Shown here: positions 47,374 to 55,067 of the stretch, one piece after another
Layout of the letters: each line of letters opens with the position of its first letter
Numbering within the stretch: position 1 is the first letter of the stretch
Assembly (NCBI GenBank): GCA_964459515.1
Contig: CAYWML010000001.1
Coordinates: 1-59,158, forward strand
Length of the DNA stretch: 59,158 bases
From: an uncultured Clostridia bacterium
GTDB lineage: Bacteria; Bacillota; Clostridia; Christensenellales; Borkfalkiaceae
Direction of reading: 5' to 3'
Translations under genes and position numbers: made by a program
Notes under the pieces: generated by a model
Seen by the model: only the letters and a program-made list of their open reading frames with translations
Told to the model about the DNA's origin: nothing
Database searches by the model: none

Positions 47374-47402
47374 ATTATACAACCACTTTTAACCATTGTC
47401 AA
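47374..47402 (-). promoter_or_regulatory. mraZ/dcw operon promoter (perfect consensus with an AT-rich UP-like region upstream)
   Basis: The minus strand reads TTGACA (47402-47397), a 17-nt spacer, then TATAAT (47379-47374). Positions 47403-47440 are strongly A/T-rich. Confidence 0.65.
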
Positions 47403-47490
47403 GAGTTTTTTAGAATATTTTTTAAAAAATTTCAATTTTTTTGGGATTTTCGTCCACAATCACCCCGATTTTTCCCGTTTTTCGAATAGA

Positions 47491-48438
47491 TTAGCAAAAA
47501 ACAAACATTCGTTCGTAAATCTCCCTTTCTTTTGCCCCGTTTTCGCCCAAAAAAAACAACCTCGGAAAAGCCGTTTCGCCCTGAAAACAAAAGCCTTTCC
47601 CGTCGTTTAACGGCGAACATTCGTTCGCGTCTTTTCCGTTGCCTCGTTTATGCGAAAAAATGCGTGCGATTTGCCGCGATATTGTTAAAACAAGCGCAAT
47701 AATTCCGCCTTGCCGCATATTGTTTTGCGATTTAACATTTTTCGCGTTTAAGCATTCAAAAAGTCGACGCGAAACGCCGCGATTGCCGTCGTAACATTTG
47801 CAACCGTACCGCCGCGCGATTTCCCTTCCTATATATATGTAATGGGTACAACCCAGCACGACGGCGTCGGGCTTTCCCGCGGGCAACAGACTTTTGCAAG
47901 CCTTCGTAAACGCGCCGTCGCTCCGCTCGATCTCCCCAGCCAAGCCGTCGCAGGCAATCGGCTGTATCCGCGCCTCGGGATAGCTTTCCGCCGTTCGGGC
48001 GCAAAGCGCGCGAAAACGTTCGCTTGCATACGTAGCGCGCGTCGTTAAAACGAATATGTTTCCGCCGTATGGCGCGGCTTCCGCAACGGCAGGTTCCGTA
48101 CCGATAATCGGAAAGGAAAAACGCGCGCGCAGGCGATCGATACAAACCGCCGTCGCCGTATTGCACGCCAAAACGACGGCTTTTGCCTGCAAACGCGAAA
48201 AACGGCGCACGATCCGAAATACGTACCGTTTGATTTTTCGAGGCGGCAAGTTGCCGTACGGCGCGTGCTTATGATCGCCGTAATAATAGAAAACTTCGTT
48301 CGGGAGCAATTTTTTGCATTCGGCAAGAACCGTCAATCCGCCGATACCGCTATCCAAAATCCCTATGCCGCCATGCGGAATTGCCGCTTTTCGGCGTTCA
48401 ACCGCATATTTTTTTGATTTTTTTATTCTTTTTCGCAT
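47491..48438 (-). CDS. murI: Glutamate racemase
   Basis: DSGIGGLTVL, LACNTA and LGCTHY catalytic motifs. 315 aa, versus the ~265-275 aa I recall as typical. It has a basic N-terminal extension and a ~45-aa non-homologous C-terminal tail. Confidence 0.85.
   Translation of the reverse strand: MRKRIKKSKKYAVERRKAAIPHGGIGILDSGIGGLTVLAECKKLLPNEVFYYYGDHKHAPYGNLPPRKIKRYVFRIVRRFSRLQAKAVVLACNTATAVCIDRLRARFSFPIIGTEPAVAEAAPYGGNIFVLTTRATYASERFRALCARTAESYPEARIQPIACDGLAGEIERSDGAFTKACKSLLPAGKPDAVVLGCTHYIYIGREIARRYGCKCYDGNRGVSRRLFECLNAKNVKSQNNMRQGGIIALVLTISRQIARIFSHKRGNGKDANECSPLNDGKGFCFQGETAFPRLFFLGENGAKEREIYERMFVFC
47502..47515. promoter_or_regulatory. Cheo/SOS-box-like palindrome (9/10 match to CGAAC-N4-GTTCG)
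   Basis: The plus strand reads CAAACATTCGTTCG and the minus strand CGAACGAATGTTTG. It shares the identical 12-mer AACATTCGTTCG with the site at 47614-47627. Confidence 0.3.
47614..47627. promoter_or_regulatory. Cheo/SOS-box-like palindrome (perfect CGAAC-N4-GTTCG)
   Basis: CGAACATTCGTTCG, flanked by g/c to give 6-bp arms (GCGAAC / GTTCGC). Confidence 0.35.
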
Positions 48439-48456
48439 TTTATCACCGAAAAACAG

Positions 48457-48485
48457 TTTACATTCCTTGAAATTTATGTTAAAAT
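48457..48485 (+). promoter_or_regulatory. rpsT promoter
   Basis: TTTACA (48457-48462), a 17-nt spacer, then TGtTAAAAT (TAAAAT 48480-48485). Confidence 0.5.
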
Positions 48486-48545
48486 TATCTACGCTACTTA
48501 TTGGTTAAGAAAAAAAAATACACTTTGGAAATAAAGGAGAACATT

Positions 48546-48809
48546 ATGCCTAATATTAAATCCGCAAAGAAAAGAGTTTTGGTTATCGAAAAGAAAACCA
48601 TGCAGAACAAAGCCGTAAAGTCCGCGTTGAAAACGCAGATTAAGAAATATCTTTCCGCCGTCGAAGCAGGCGATAAAGAAGCGGCAACGAAGCTTTATCC
48701 CGAAACGGTGTCCGCTTTGGACGCAGCCGTGACGAAAGGCGTTATCCACAAGAACAACGCAAACAACAGAAAGGCAAAGCTTGCGAAAAAATTGGCTGCT
48801 TTAAACTAA
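48546..48809 (+). CDS. rpsT: 30S ribosomal protein S20
   Basis: 87 aa starting MPNIKSAKKRV. AAGGAG lies 7 nt upstream of the ATG at 48546; the ORF track starts 15 codons earlier. Confidence 0.95.
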   Translation: MPNIKSAKKRVLVIEKKTMQNKAVKSALKTQIKKYLSAVEAGDKEAATKLYPETVSALDAAVTKGVIHKNNANNRKAKLAKKLAALN

Positions 48810-48838
48810 TCGGCGCATAGCTTATATAGTATCGTATG

Positions 48839-48868
48839 AAGGTCTGCTCGACGGTAGACCTTTTTTTT
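48839..48868 (+). terminator. rpsT intrinsic terminator
   Basis: Stem aaggtct / agacctt followed by T8 (48861-48868). Confidence 0.7.
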
Positions 48869-48934
48869 CGTGTCCGTTTTTTTTCGGCTTTTTTATCCCC
48901 TTTCGGGAAATATCGAAAGAAAGGCTTCAAACGC

Positions 48935-48963
48935 TTGACAGCGACGGTGTTTTCTCTTATAAT
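48935..48963 (+). promoter_or_regulatory. Promoter of the HTH-cupin regulator / pot operon (perfect consensus)
   Basis: TTGACA (48935-48940), a 17-nt spacer, then TATAAT (48958-48963). Confidence 0.6.
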
Positions 48964-49050
48964 ATACTCGTTGCGAGTTTATTTTAACTAAACTTTTCGT
49001 TTATTGTAAGCAAACCGAAAAACGTTTCGCGTTCGCAACGGAGGTCGCAG

Positions 49051-49584
49051 ATGGATATAGGCGGAAAAATCAAACGCATGCGCAATCAAAAAGGATTGAC
49101 GCAAAACGAGCTGGCAGATCGATGCGAGCTGACGAAAGGCTATATTTCGCAGCTGGAAAACAATCTGAACAGCCCCTCTATCGCTACGTTGACGGATATT
49201 TTGTCCGCCCTCGGCAGTAATTTAGCGGAATTCTTTCGCGAGGAAACCGAAGAAAAGATCGTCTTTTCCAAAAACGAGTTTATTGAAAAGAATGCCGACG
49301 GCGTTTTATTCAACTGGCTGATACCCAACGCCCAAAAAAACATGATGGAACCCGTGCTCGTCGAATTGTCCGAAGGCGCAAAAACGGGCGAGGACGTACC
49401 GCATGAGGGCGAAGAATTCGGCTTTGTTTTAGAAGGAAAGATATCCGTCGTCCTCGGCAACAAACACCACGCGTGCAAAAAAGGCGAAGCGTTTTACTAC
49501 TCGGCAAACGTTCCGCACTCGATTGCCAACAAAGGAAAAAACAAAGCGAAATTCCTTTGGATCTCCACTCCCCCCAATTTTTAA
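49051..49584 (+). CDS. XRE-family HTH + cupin domain transcriptional regulator (PuuR-like architecture)
   Basis: 177 aa. N-terminal HTH_3 (IKRMRNQKGLTQNELADRCELTKGYISQLEN) and a C-terminal cupin (HEGEEFGFVLEG...HSIAN). Lies directly upstream of potABCD. Confidence 0.8.
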   Translation: MDIGGKIKRMRNQKGLTQNELADRCELTKGYISQLENNLNSPSIATLTDILSALGSNLAEFFREETEEKIVFSKNEFIEKNADGVLFNWLIPNAQKNMMEPVLVELSEGAKTGEDVPHEGEEFGFVLEGKISVVLGNKHHACKKGEAFYYSANVPHSIANKGKNKAKFLWISTPPNF

Positions 49585-49659
49585 GCGCGCATACATTATT
49601 ATATAATCGTTATGCCGCGCGCTATTCCGCACAAACGATAAATATTGGAGAAAACCGAC

Positions 49660-51186
49660 ATGGAAAACAAAACAGTCCACAGCGCACCGCACATTATCGA
49701 GCTTATCGACGTTTGCAAAGAATTCGACGGCGTTTCCGTCGTGGAAAACGTCAATTTCTACGTACGAAAAGGCGAATTCGTCACCTTTTTAGGTCCGTCC
49801 GGTTGCGGCAAAACGACTACGCTGCGCATGATTGCCGGCTTCGAACTGCCGACGAGCGGAAAGATATTGCTCAACGGTAAGGATATCAGCGCGTTGCCGC
49901 CCAACAAACGCCCCGTAAACACGGTGTTCCAAAAATACGCGCTCTTTCCCCACCTCAACGTCTTTGAAAACGTCGCGTTCGGCTTGAAACTAAAACGTAT
50001 CGAAACGACCTACGTCGATAAAAAAGGCAGGGAAAAAATCAAGTATAAAAAGTTGCCGAAAGACGTCATCGCGGAAAAAGTGCGCAAAGCATTGGAAGTG
50101 GTCGATCTCGTCGGCTTCGAAACGCGTTCCATTTCCACGCTTTCCGGCGGGCAGCAACAACGTATCGCCATTGCGCGCGCCATCGTCAACGAACCCGAAA
50201 TTTTGCTTTTGGACGAGCCGCTCGGCGCGCTCGACTTAAAAATGCGCAAGGAAATGCAATTAGAGCTGAAAGCCATGCACAAACGCCTCGGCATTACCTT
50301 TATTTACGTAACGCACGATCAGGAAGAAGCGTTGACGATGTCCGATACGATCGTCGTTATGTCAGACGGCAGATTACAACAAATCGGCACGCCCGAAGCA
50401 ATCTACAACGAACCGAAAAACACTTTCGTCGCCGACTTTATCGGCGAAAGCAACATATTCACGGGCGTCATGCCGAAAGACGGGCAAGTTCGTTTCTGCG
50501 GAAAGGCGTTCGAGTGCTTGGATTCGGGCTTTGAAAAGGACGAACCCGTAGACGTCGTCGTACGCCCCGAAGACATCAAAATCAAACCGTACGAAGTCGG
50601 TATGCTGAAAGGCAAAGTCACCTCGGTCATCTTCAAGGGCATGCACTATCAAATTTTGGTGCAATGCGGCAGAAACGAAATCGAAATACAAAGCACCTCC
50701 GCCCCTGCCGTCGGCGAAGCGGTGGGGCTTACGATCAAACCCGACGGCATTCACGTCATGAAAAAGATTTTCCGCGTGAACAAATTCTCGGGCGTGATTA
50801 CGAAACGCAACACAGTGGAATTCGGCGACGGCGAATTCGACTGCGACGTAACGCAACTGTACCCCGGAAGCCATTTGGACGAGGACGGCTATCTGATTAC
50901 CGCAAAAGGCGAAAAGCTCGATTTGACGGATACGGAAGTCAACGTGGAAGTAGGTTTGCACGATATTACGATGAGCGACGACCTCGAAGAAGGCGGCGCG
51001 CGCGGCAACATTATTTCCTTAATATATAAGAGCGAATATTATCGCTATATCGTCCGCACCGAAAACGAAGAAGATTACGTGCTCGCCTGCGAAGATCTTT
51101 GGAACGAAAACGACCTTGTCAGCCTGATTATTCCCAAAGAAAAAATTCGATTGACGTTGAAAGATACGGAGGGCGCGAAAAAATGA
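49660..51186 (+). CDS. potA: Spermidine/putrescine ABC transporter ATP-binding protein, extended form
   Basis: Walker A GPSGCGKTT, signature LSGGQQQR, Walker B LLLDEP, and a TOBE-like domain. Start set to the ATG at 49660, 9 nt after GGAG; the ORF-track start at 49645 is TTG. 508 aa. Confidence 0.88.
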   Translation: MENKTVHSAPHIIELIDVCKEFDGVSVVENVNFYVRKGEFVTFLGPSGCGKTTTLRMIAGFELPTSGKILLNGKDISALPPNKRPVNTVFQKYALFPHLNVFENVAFGLKLKRIETTYVDKKGREKIKYKKLPKDVIAEKVRKALEVVDLVGFETRSISTLSGGQQQRIAIARAIVNEPEILLLDEPLGALDLKMRKEMQLELKAMHKRLGITFIYVTHDQEEALTMSDTIVVMSDGRLQQIGTPEAIYNEPKNTFVADFIGESNIFTGVMPKDGQVRFCGKAFECLDSGFEKDEPVDVVVRPEDIKIKPYEVGMLKGKVTSVIFKGMHYQILVQCGRNEIEIQSTSAPAVGEAVGLTIKPDGIHVMKKIFRVNKFSGVITKRNTVEFGDGEFDCDVTQLYPGSHLDEDGYLITAKGEKLDLTDTEVNVEVGLHDITMSDDLEEGGARGNIISLIYKSEYYRYIVRTENEEDYVLACEDLWNENDLVSLIIPKEKIRLTLKDTEGAKK

Positions 51187-52040
51187 CGACCGAAGCAAAA
51201 AAAACGCCTCGTTTTTCCCGAAAGCTGCTGGCAATCCCCTACGCCGTATTTTTGGCGGTTTTCGTCGTTATTCCCCTGCTTATCATCGTCTACTACGCCT
51301 TTACGGACAACGACGGAAAATTCACGTGGGATTACGTGCGCGTATTCTTCAACGAGGACGGAAAAGGATTTTGGAGCTTTTTCTCCTCGTACAACTTCAA
51401 AACGATTTTGCAGAGCTTGCTTATCTCTTGCGCAAGCACGATAATTTGTCTTTTAATCGCCTATCCCGTGGCGTACGTCATCGCGAAAAGTCAATTGAAA
51501 AATAAATCGGCTTTATTGCTTCTCTTCGTCGTGCCCATGTGGGTAAACTTCGTTTTGCGCATCAACGCCTTAAAGGAACTTTTCGTTTGGCTCGGCACGT
51601 TCAACAAATCCTACGCGTGGAATATCGTCAATACGATCATCGGCATGGTGTACGACTTTCTTCCCTTTATGGTGTTGCCTATTTATACGACAATCGTCAA
51701 AATCGACAAAAGCTATTTAGAGGCGGCAAAGGATTTGGGCGCAACGCCTGCAAGAGCGTTCGTCAAAGTCACCCTTCCCCTTTCCAAAGCAGGCATCATG
51801 AGCGGCATTTCCATGGTATTTTTGCCCTCGATGACAAACTATGTCGTTTCCAATTATCTCACTTTCCGCAACGTGAAAATTCTCGGAAAACTCATCGACG
51901 ATTATTTCACGGGCGGCTTGTGGCACGACGGCTCGTTCATTTCACTGCTTTTATTGCTTTTTATGTTCCTATTCACTTGGCTTACGGGCGGCTTCCAAGC
52001 GGAAGCGCAAACGGAAACGCGAGGTAGCTCCTTATGGTAA
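51183..52040 (+). CDS. potB: Spermidine/putrescine ABC transporter permease
   Basis: BPD_transp_1 permease with an EAA-like loop (YLEAAKDLGATPARAF). The ATG at 51183 overlaps the potA TGA (ATGA). Confidence 0.88.
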   Translation: MTTEAKKTPRFSRKLLAIPYAVFLAVFVVIPLLIIVYYAFTDNDGKFTWDYVRVFFNEDGKGFWSFFSSYNFKTILQSLLISCASTIICLLIAYPVAYVIAKSQLKNKSALLLLFVVPMWVNFVLRINALKELFVWLGTFNKSYAWNIVNTIIGMVYDFLPFMVLPIYTTIVKIDKSYLEAAKDLGATPARAFVKVTLPLSKAGIMSGISMVFLPSMTNYVVSNYLTFRNVKILGKLIDDYFTGGLWHDGSFISLLLLLFMFLFTWLTGGFQAEAQTETRGSSLW

Positions 52041-52849
52041 AAATAAAATCTATCTTAAAATGGACGTTTATCGGCTTAATTCTGCTGTTTATCTATTTTC
52101 CCATCGTTTTTCTTACGATAAACAGCTTTAACGCAACCGACATGATACAATCGGGCTGGAAAGGGTTCAGCTTAGAACACTATCGCTATTTCTTCGACAT
52201 CGACAAAGAACCGCTCCGCGTGGTGTTGCAAACTTTCGCGCTCGCCGTGATCGTCGCGGCTTTGTCCACGATCCTCGGCACAATCGGCGCAATCGGTATT
52301 TTTTACTCCAAAAAGAAAGTGAAAGCCACGCTGTCCGCCGTCAATCGCATTCCCATTATCAACGCGGAAGTGGTAACGGCGATTTCCTTCGCGTTGTTCG
52401 TTTCCTTTTTCGGCTTCGACAAATCCACATATATCCCTTTGGTCGTCGGGCAAATGTGCCTTTGTACGCCTTTCGTGCTCGTTTCCGTTATGCCGAAGCT
52501 GCAACAAATGGACAACAGCCTGTACGAAGCCGCGCTCGACCTCGGCTCTACGCCGACGAAAGCCCTTTTCTCCGTACTTATTCCGCAAATTCTCCCCGGC
52601 ATTCTTTCGGGCTTTCTGCTGGCGATCACGCTTTCCTTGGACGATTACGTAATTACGGCGTATACGAAGCCCGATTCCTTTAAGACCATTAGCACGCATA
52701 TTTACGGTTTGGACAAAAACAACGTAGTCGGACCGCAAATCAAGGCGGCGTATTGGGCGTTTACCGCGATTATTTTCTTCGCAATCGTCCTTGCCGTCGT
52801 CCTCGTCAACATCGGCGCGTATCGCAAAGGCAGGAGCAAAAAGAAATGA
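52034..52849 (+). CDS. potC: Spermidine/putrescine ABC transporter permease
   Basis: 271 aa. EAA loop LYEAALDLGSTPTKAL. Overlaps the potB stop. Confidence 0.88.
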   Translation: MVKIKSILKWTFIGLILLFIYFPIVFLTINSFNATDMIQSGWKGFSLEHYRYFFDIDKEPLRVVLQTFALAVIVAALSTILGTIGAIGIFYSKKKVKATLSAVNRIPIINAEVVTAISFALFVSFFGFDKSTYIPLVVGQMCLCTPFVLVSVMPKLQQMDNSLYEAALDLGSTPTKALFSVLIPQILPGILSGFLLAITLSLDDYVITAYTKPDSFKTISTHIYGLDKNNVVGPQIKAAYWAFTAIIFFAIVLAVVLVNIGAYRKGRSKKK

Positions 52850-54231
52850 AAAAAAGCATATCCCTTACCCTTTCGCTCTGTCTGCTCCTCTCCCTCTTCG
52901 GTACGACCGCTTGCACGAATACTTCGGACGCAAACGCGCTTCGTCCCGACGTTTTGCGCGTGGCAAGCTGGGACGAATACATCGACATGGGCGGCGATTA
53001 CCTCGACGCCAAAGAAGACGCCGAATATATCGCTTGGTATAAAGAACAAACCGGCATAGACCTCTTGGACTCCAAACCGCTCTACGAAGAATTTGAAAAG
53101 TGGTACGCCGAAAAAACGGGCGAGAAGATCGCCGTAGAGTACGTGGCGCTCCAAGACAACGAAACCATGTACAACAAAATCAAAATGGGCGATAGATACG
53201 ACTTATTGTGCCCGTCGGAATACATGGCGATGAAATTAAAAGCGGAAGACTATTTAATCGCCTATCCCGAAAGTTTTTACGACGCGACGCTCGAAGAAAA
53301 CGCGTATGCGAAAAACGTATCGGCTTATCCTACGGAAGTCTTTGAAAAAGCCAACCTCGGCGGCTATATCGCAGGCTATATGTGGGGCACGACGGGGTTT
53401 GTATATAATCCGAATAAAATCGGCAACTCGCCCGAAGAAGCCCGTAAAATCATGAGCAGTTGGAAATGTTTGACCAACGAAGCCTGCCGTCAAAAACTGA
53501 CAGCCAAAGACAACACGCGCGATTCCTATTTCATGGGATTGGGAATGTACTACGAAGACTATCTTCTCGGCTTGGACAGCGACGACGAAAACTACGGAAC
53601 GCTGCTTACAGCCGCCATGAACGACACTTCCGTCGAAACAATGTCCGAAGTGAAAAAGCTGTTGGTTAAGGCTCGGAAAAATTTATACGGCTTGGAAACG
53701 GACGAAGGAAAAACCGACGTCATCATGGGACGTTTGGACGCTTCTTTTCAATGGAGCGGCGACGCCGTCTATATTTTAGACGAAGCGGAAACAGCTTCGG
53801 GATTGGAATTGGAATACAGCATTCCCCTTTCCGCCTCGAATATTTGGTTTGACGGCTGGGTGATGATGAAAGGCGCGAACGTAAAAGCGGCTACCGCTTT
53901 CGTAAACTTTTTGTCCGATACGAAAAACGCCGTACGCAATATGTACTTCATCGGCTATACGAGTTGCCTTGCCGGCAAGCAAATGTACGATTACGCCGAT
54001 TTTACGTACGGAGCTTCGGACGAGGACGACGCGGAAACGGTGGTAGAATATGATTTTTCCTACTTTTTCGGAAAAGACTACCCCACTTTGCTCGTACCCG
54101 AAGAACAAACGCGCAGACAGCTTTTCGCGCAATACCCCGACACGCAAACTAAAAACCGTTTGGTCGTCATGGACTATTTCGACGAGGAAGAAAACGAGCG
54201 CGCCAACCGCATGTGGAATAACATAAAATAA
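52846..54231 (+). CDS. potD: Spermidine/putrescine-binding lipoprotein (ABC substrate-binding protein)
   Basis: Signal peptide with a lipobox (LLSLFGTTAC) and a family-1 SBP body. The ATG at 52846 overlaps the potC TGA. 461 aa. Confidence 0.85.
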   Translation: MKKSISLTLSLCLLLSLFGTTACTNTSDANALRPDVLRVASWDEYIDMGGDYLDAKEDAEYIAWYKEQTGIDLLDSKPLYEEFEKWYAEKTGEKIAVEYVALQDNETMYNKIKMGDRYDLLCPSEYMAMKLKAEDYLIAYPESFYDATLEENAYAKNVSAYPTEVFEKANLGGYIAGYMWGTTGFVYNPNKIGNSPEEARKIMSSWKCLTNEACRQKLTAKDNTRDSYFMGLGMYYEDYLLGLDSDDENYGTLLTAAMNDTSVETMSEVKKLLVKARKNLYGLETDEGKTDVIMGRLDASFQWSGDAVYILDEAETASGLELEYSIPLSASNIWFDGWVMMKGANVKAATAFVNFLSDTKNAVRNMYFIGYTSCLAGKQMYDYADFTYGASDEDDAETVVEYDFSYFFGKDYPTLLVPEEQTRRQLFAQYPDTQTKNRLVVMDYFDEEENERANRMWNNIK

Positions 54232-54245
54232 ACAAAATCGAAAAA

Positions 54246-54280
54246 CGCCCTAACCGCTTTTACGGTTAGGACGTTTTTTT
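54246..54280. terminator. Bidirectional terminator between potD and the XRE gene
   Basis: Stem cgccctaaccg / cggttaggacg (one mismatch), followed by T7 on the plus strand and T5 on the minus strand. Confidence 0.65.
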
Positions 54281-54482
54281 ATTCCGTCAATCCCAACAAA
54301 TAATCCGTCGTTTCGTCAAAATACTTCGCCAAAATTATAATCGCCGAAGCCGTCGGCTCTGTTTTTCCGAGTTCCCACTTCGCTATCGCCGATTGGCTTA
54401 TTCCCGTCGCTTTGGAAAGCTCCATTTGGCTCATGTTATTTTGCGTACGCAATTCTTTTATACGATCCTGAAATTTATTCAT
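54279..54482 (-). CDS. Small XRE-family HTH DNA-binding protein
   Basis: 67 aa starting MNKFQDRIKELRTQNNMSQMELSKATGISQSAIAKWELG (HTH_3). No SD precedes any candidate ATG (54482, 54488, 54500). A TATAAT (54494-54489) lies 6 nt upstream of the ATG at 54482, so the mRNA may be leaderless. Confidence 0.75.
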   Translation of the reverse strand: MNKFQDRIKELRTQNNMSQMELSKATGISQSAIAKWELGKTEPTASAIIILAKYFDETTDYLLGLTE

Positions 54483-54517
54483 ATACATATTATAATTCAT
54501 TTTAAGTCTAAAAATAC

Positions 54518-54546
54518 TTGACAAGTCTTATTTGACTTGCTATAAT
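54518..54546 (+). promoter_or_regulatory. Perfect consensus promoter of the lipoprotein gene, with an operator-like inverted repeat in its spacer
   Basis: TTGACA (54518-54523), a 17-nt spacer, then TATAAT (54541-54546). The inverted repeat CAAGTC (54522-54527) / GACTTG (54534-54539) lies inside the spacer. Confidence 0.65.
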
Positions 54547-54581
54547 AGTATTACAAATTTATTTCAAGGAGGCTTTTTCAA

Positions 54582-55001
54582 ATGAAAAAAGCAAAAAGAA
54601 TTTTAACCATCTTATGCGCGTGCCTTGTGCTTTGTTTCGGTATGCTCTTCTGCGGCTGTTCAGGGAAGACCACCTACAAGCTGGAATCCATTCGCCTGAT
54701 TGACGAAACCGATACACACAGTTACCGTATCGGCGATACGCTCGAAGGCGTAGAACTGACAAAGGAAACTTTCATACTCGTTTTGAATAATGACAATACG
54801 GGATTTATACGCGCTTTCGCCCAAGATAAAACCGAAGGCGAAACTTTCAAAAAAGTTGCGACGTTGCATTGGATGAAAGGCTATAACAAGGAAATTTATC
54901 TTACGGAAGAAGATGAGGGAGAATGTTGGATTGCCCAAAGAGACGGCAAAAAAATAACCATCGAAATCGAAGACGAGATACAAATCATTTTAACGAAATA
55001 A
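54582..55001 (+). CDS. Small putative lipoprotein, no family recognised
   Basis: 139 aa. Signal peptide ending LFCGC|SG (lipobox-like) and a strong SD (AAGGAGG). Confidence 0.6.
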   Translation: MKKAKRILTILCACLVLCFGMLFCGCSGKTTYKLESIRLIDETDTHSYRIGDTLEGVELTKETFILVLNNDNTGFIRAFAQDKTEGETFKKVATLHWMKGYNKEIYLTEEDEGECWIAQRDGKKITIEIEDEIQIILTK

Positions 55002-55012
55002 CCGAAATTTAT

Positions 55013-55047
55013 AAACGGCGGCGTATCGTATCGATACACCGCCGTTT
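55013..55047. terminator. Bidirectional hairpin between the convergent lipoprotein and CPBP genes
   Basis: aaacggcgg(c)gtatcg tatc gatac(a)ccgccgttt. The flanking U-tracts are only weak. Confidence 0.45.
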
Positions 55048-55067
55048 ATTATACGCCGCTTGCGTCT

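Noticed and set aside
47317-47402. MraZ-binding direct repeats (TGGGN- or GTGG-type boxes at ~10-bp spacing) around the mraZ promoter.
   Set aside because: Only isolated AGTGG / AGTGT / AGGG words with irregular spacing are present. No convincing phased triplet can be called by eye.
49584-49623. The GC-rich hairpin between the HTH-cupin gene and potA as an intrinsic terminator or attenuator.
   Set aside because: It has a 7-bp GC stem but a 26-nt loop and no downstream U-tract. It is mentioned under the pot finding only and is not called as a terminator.
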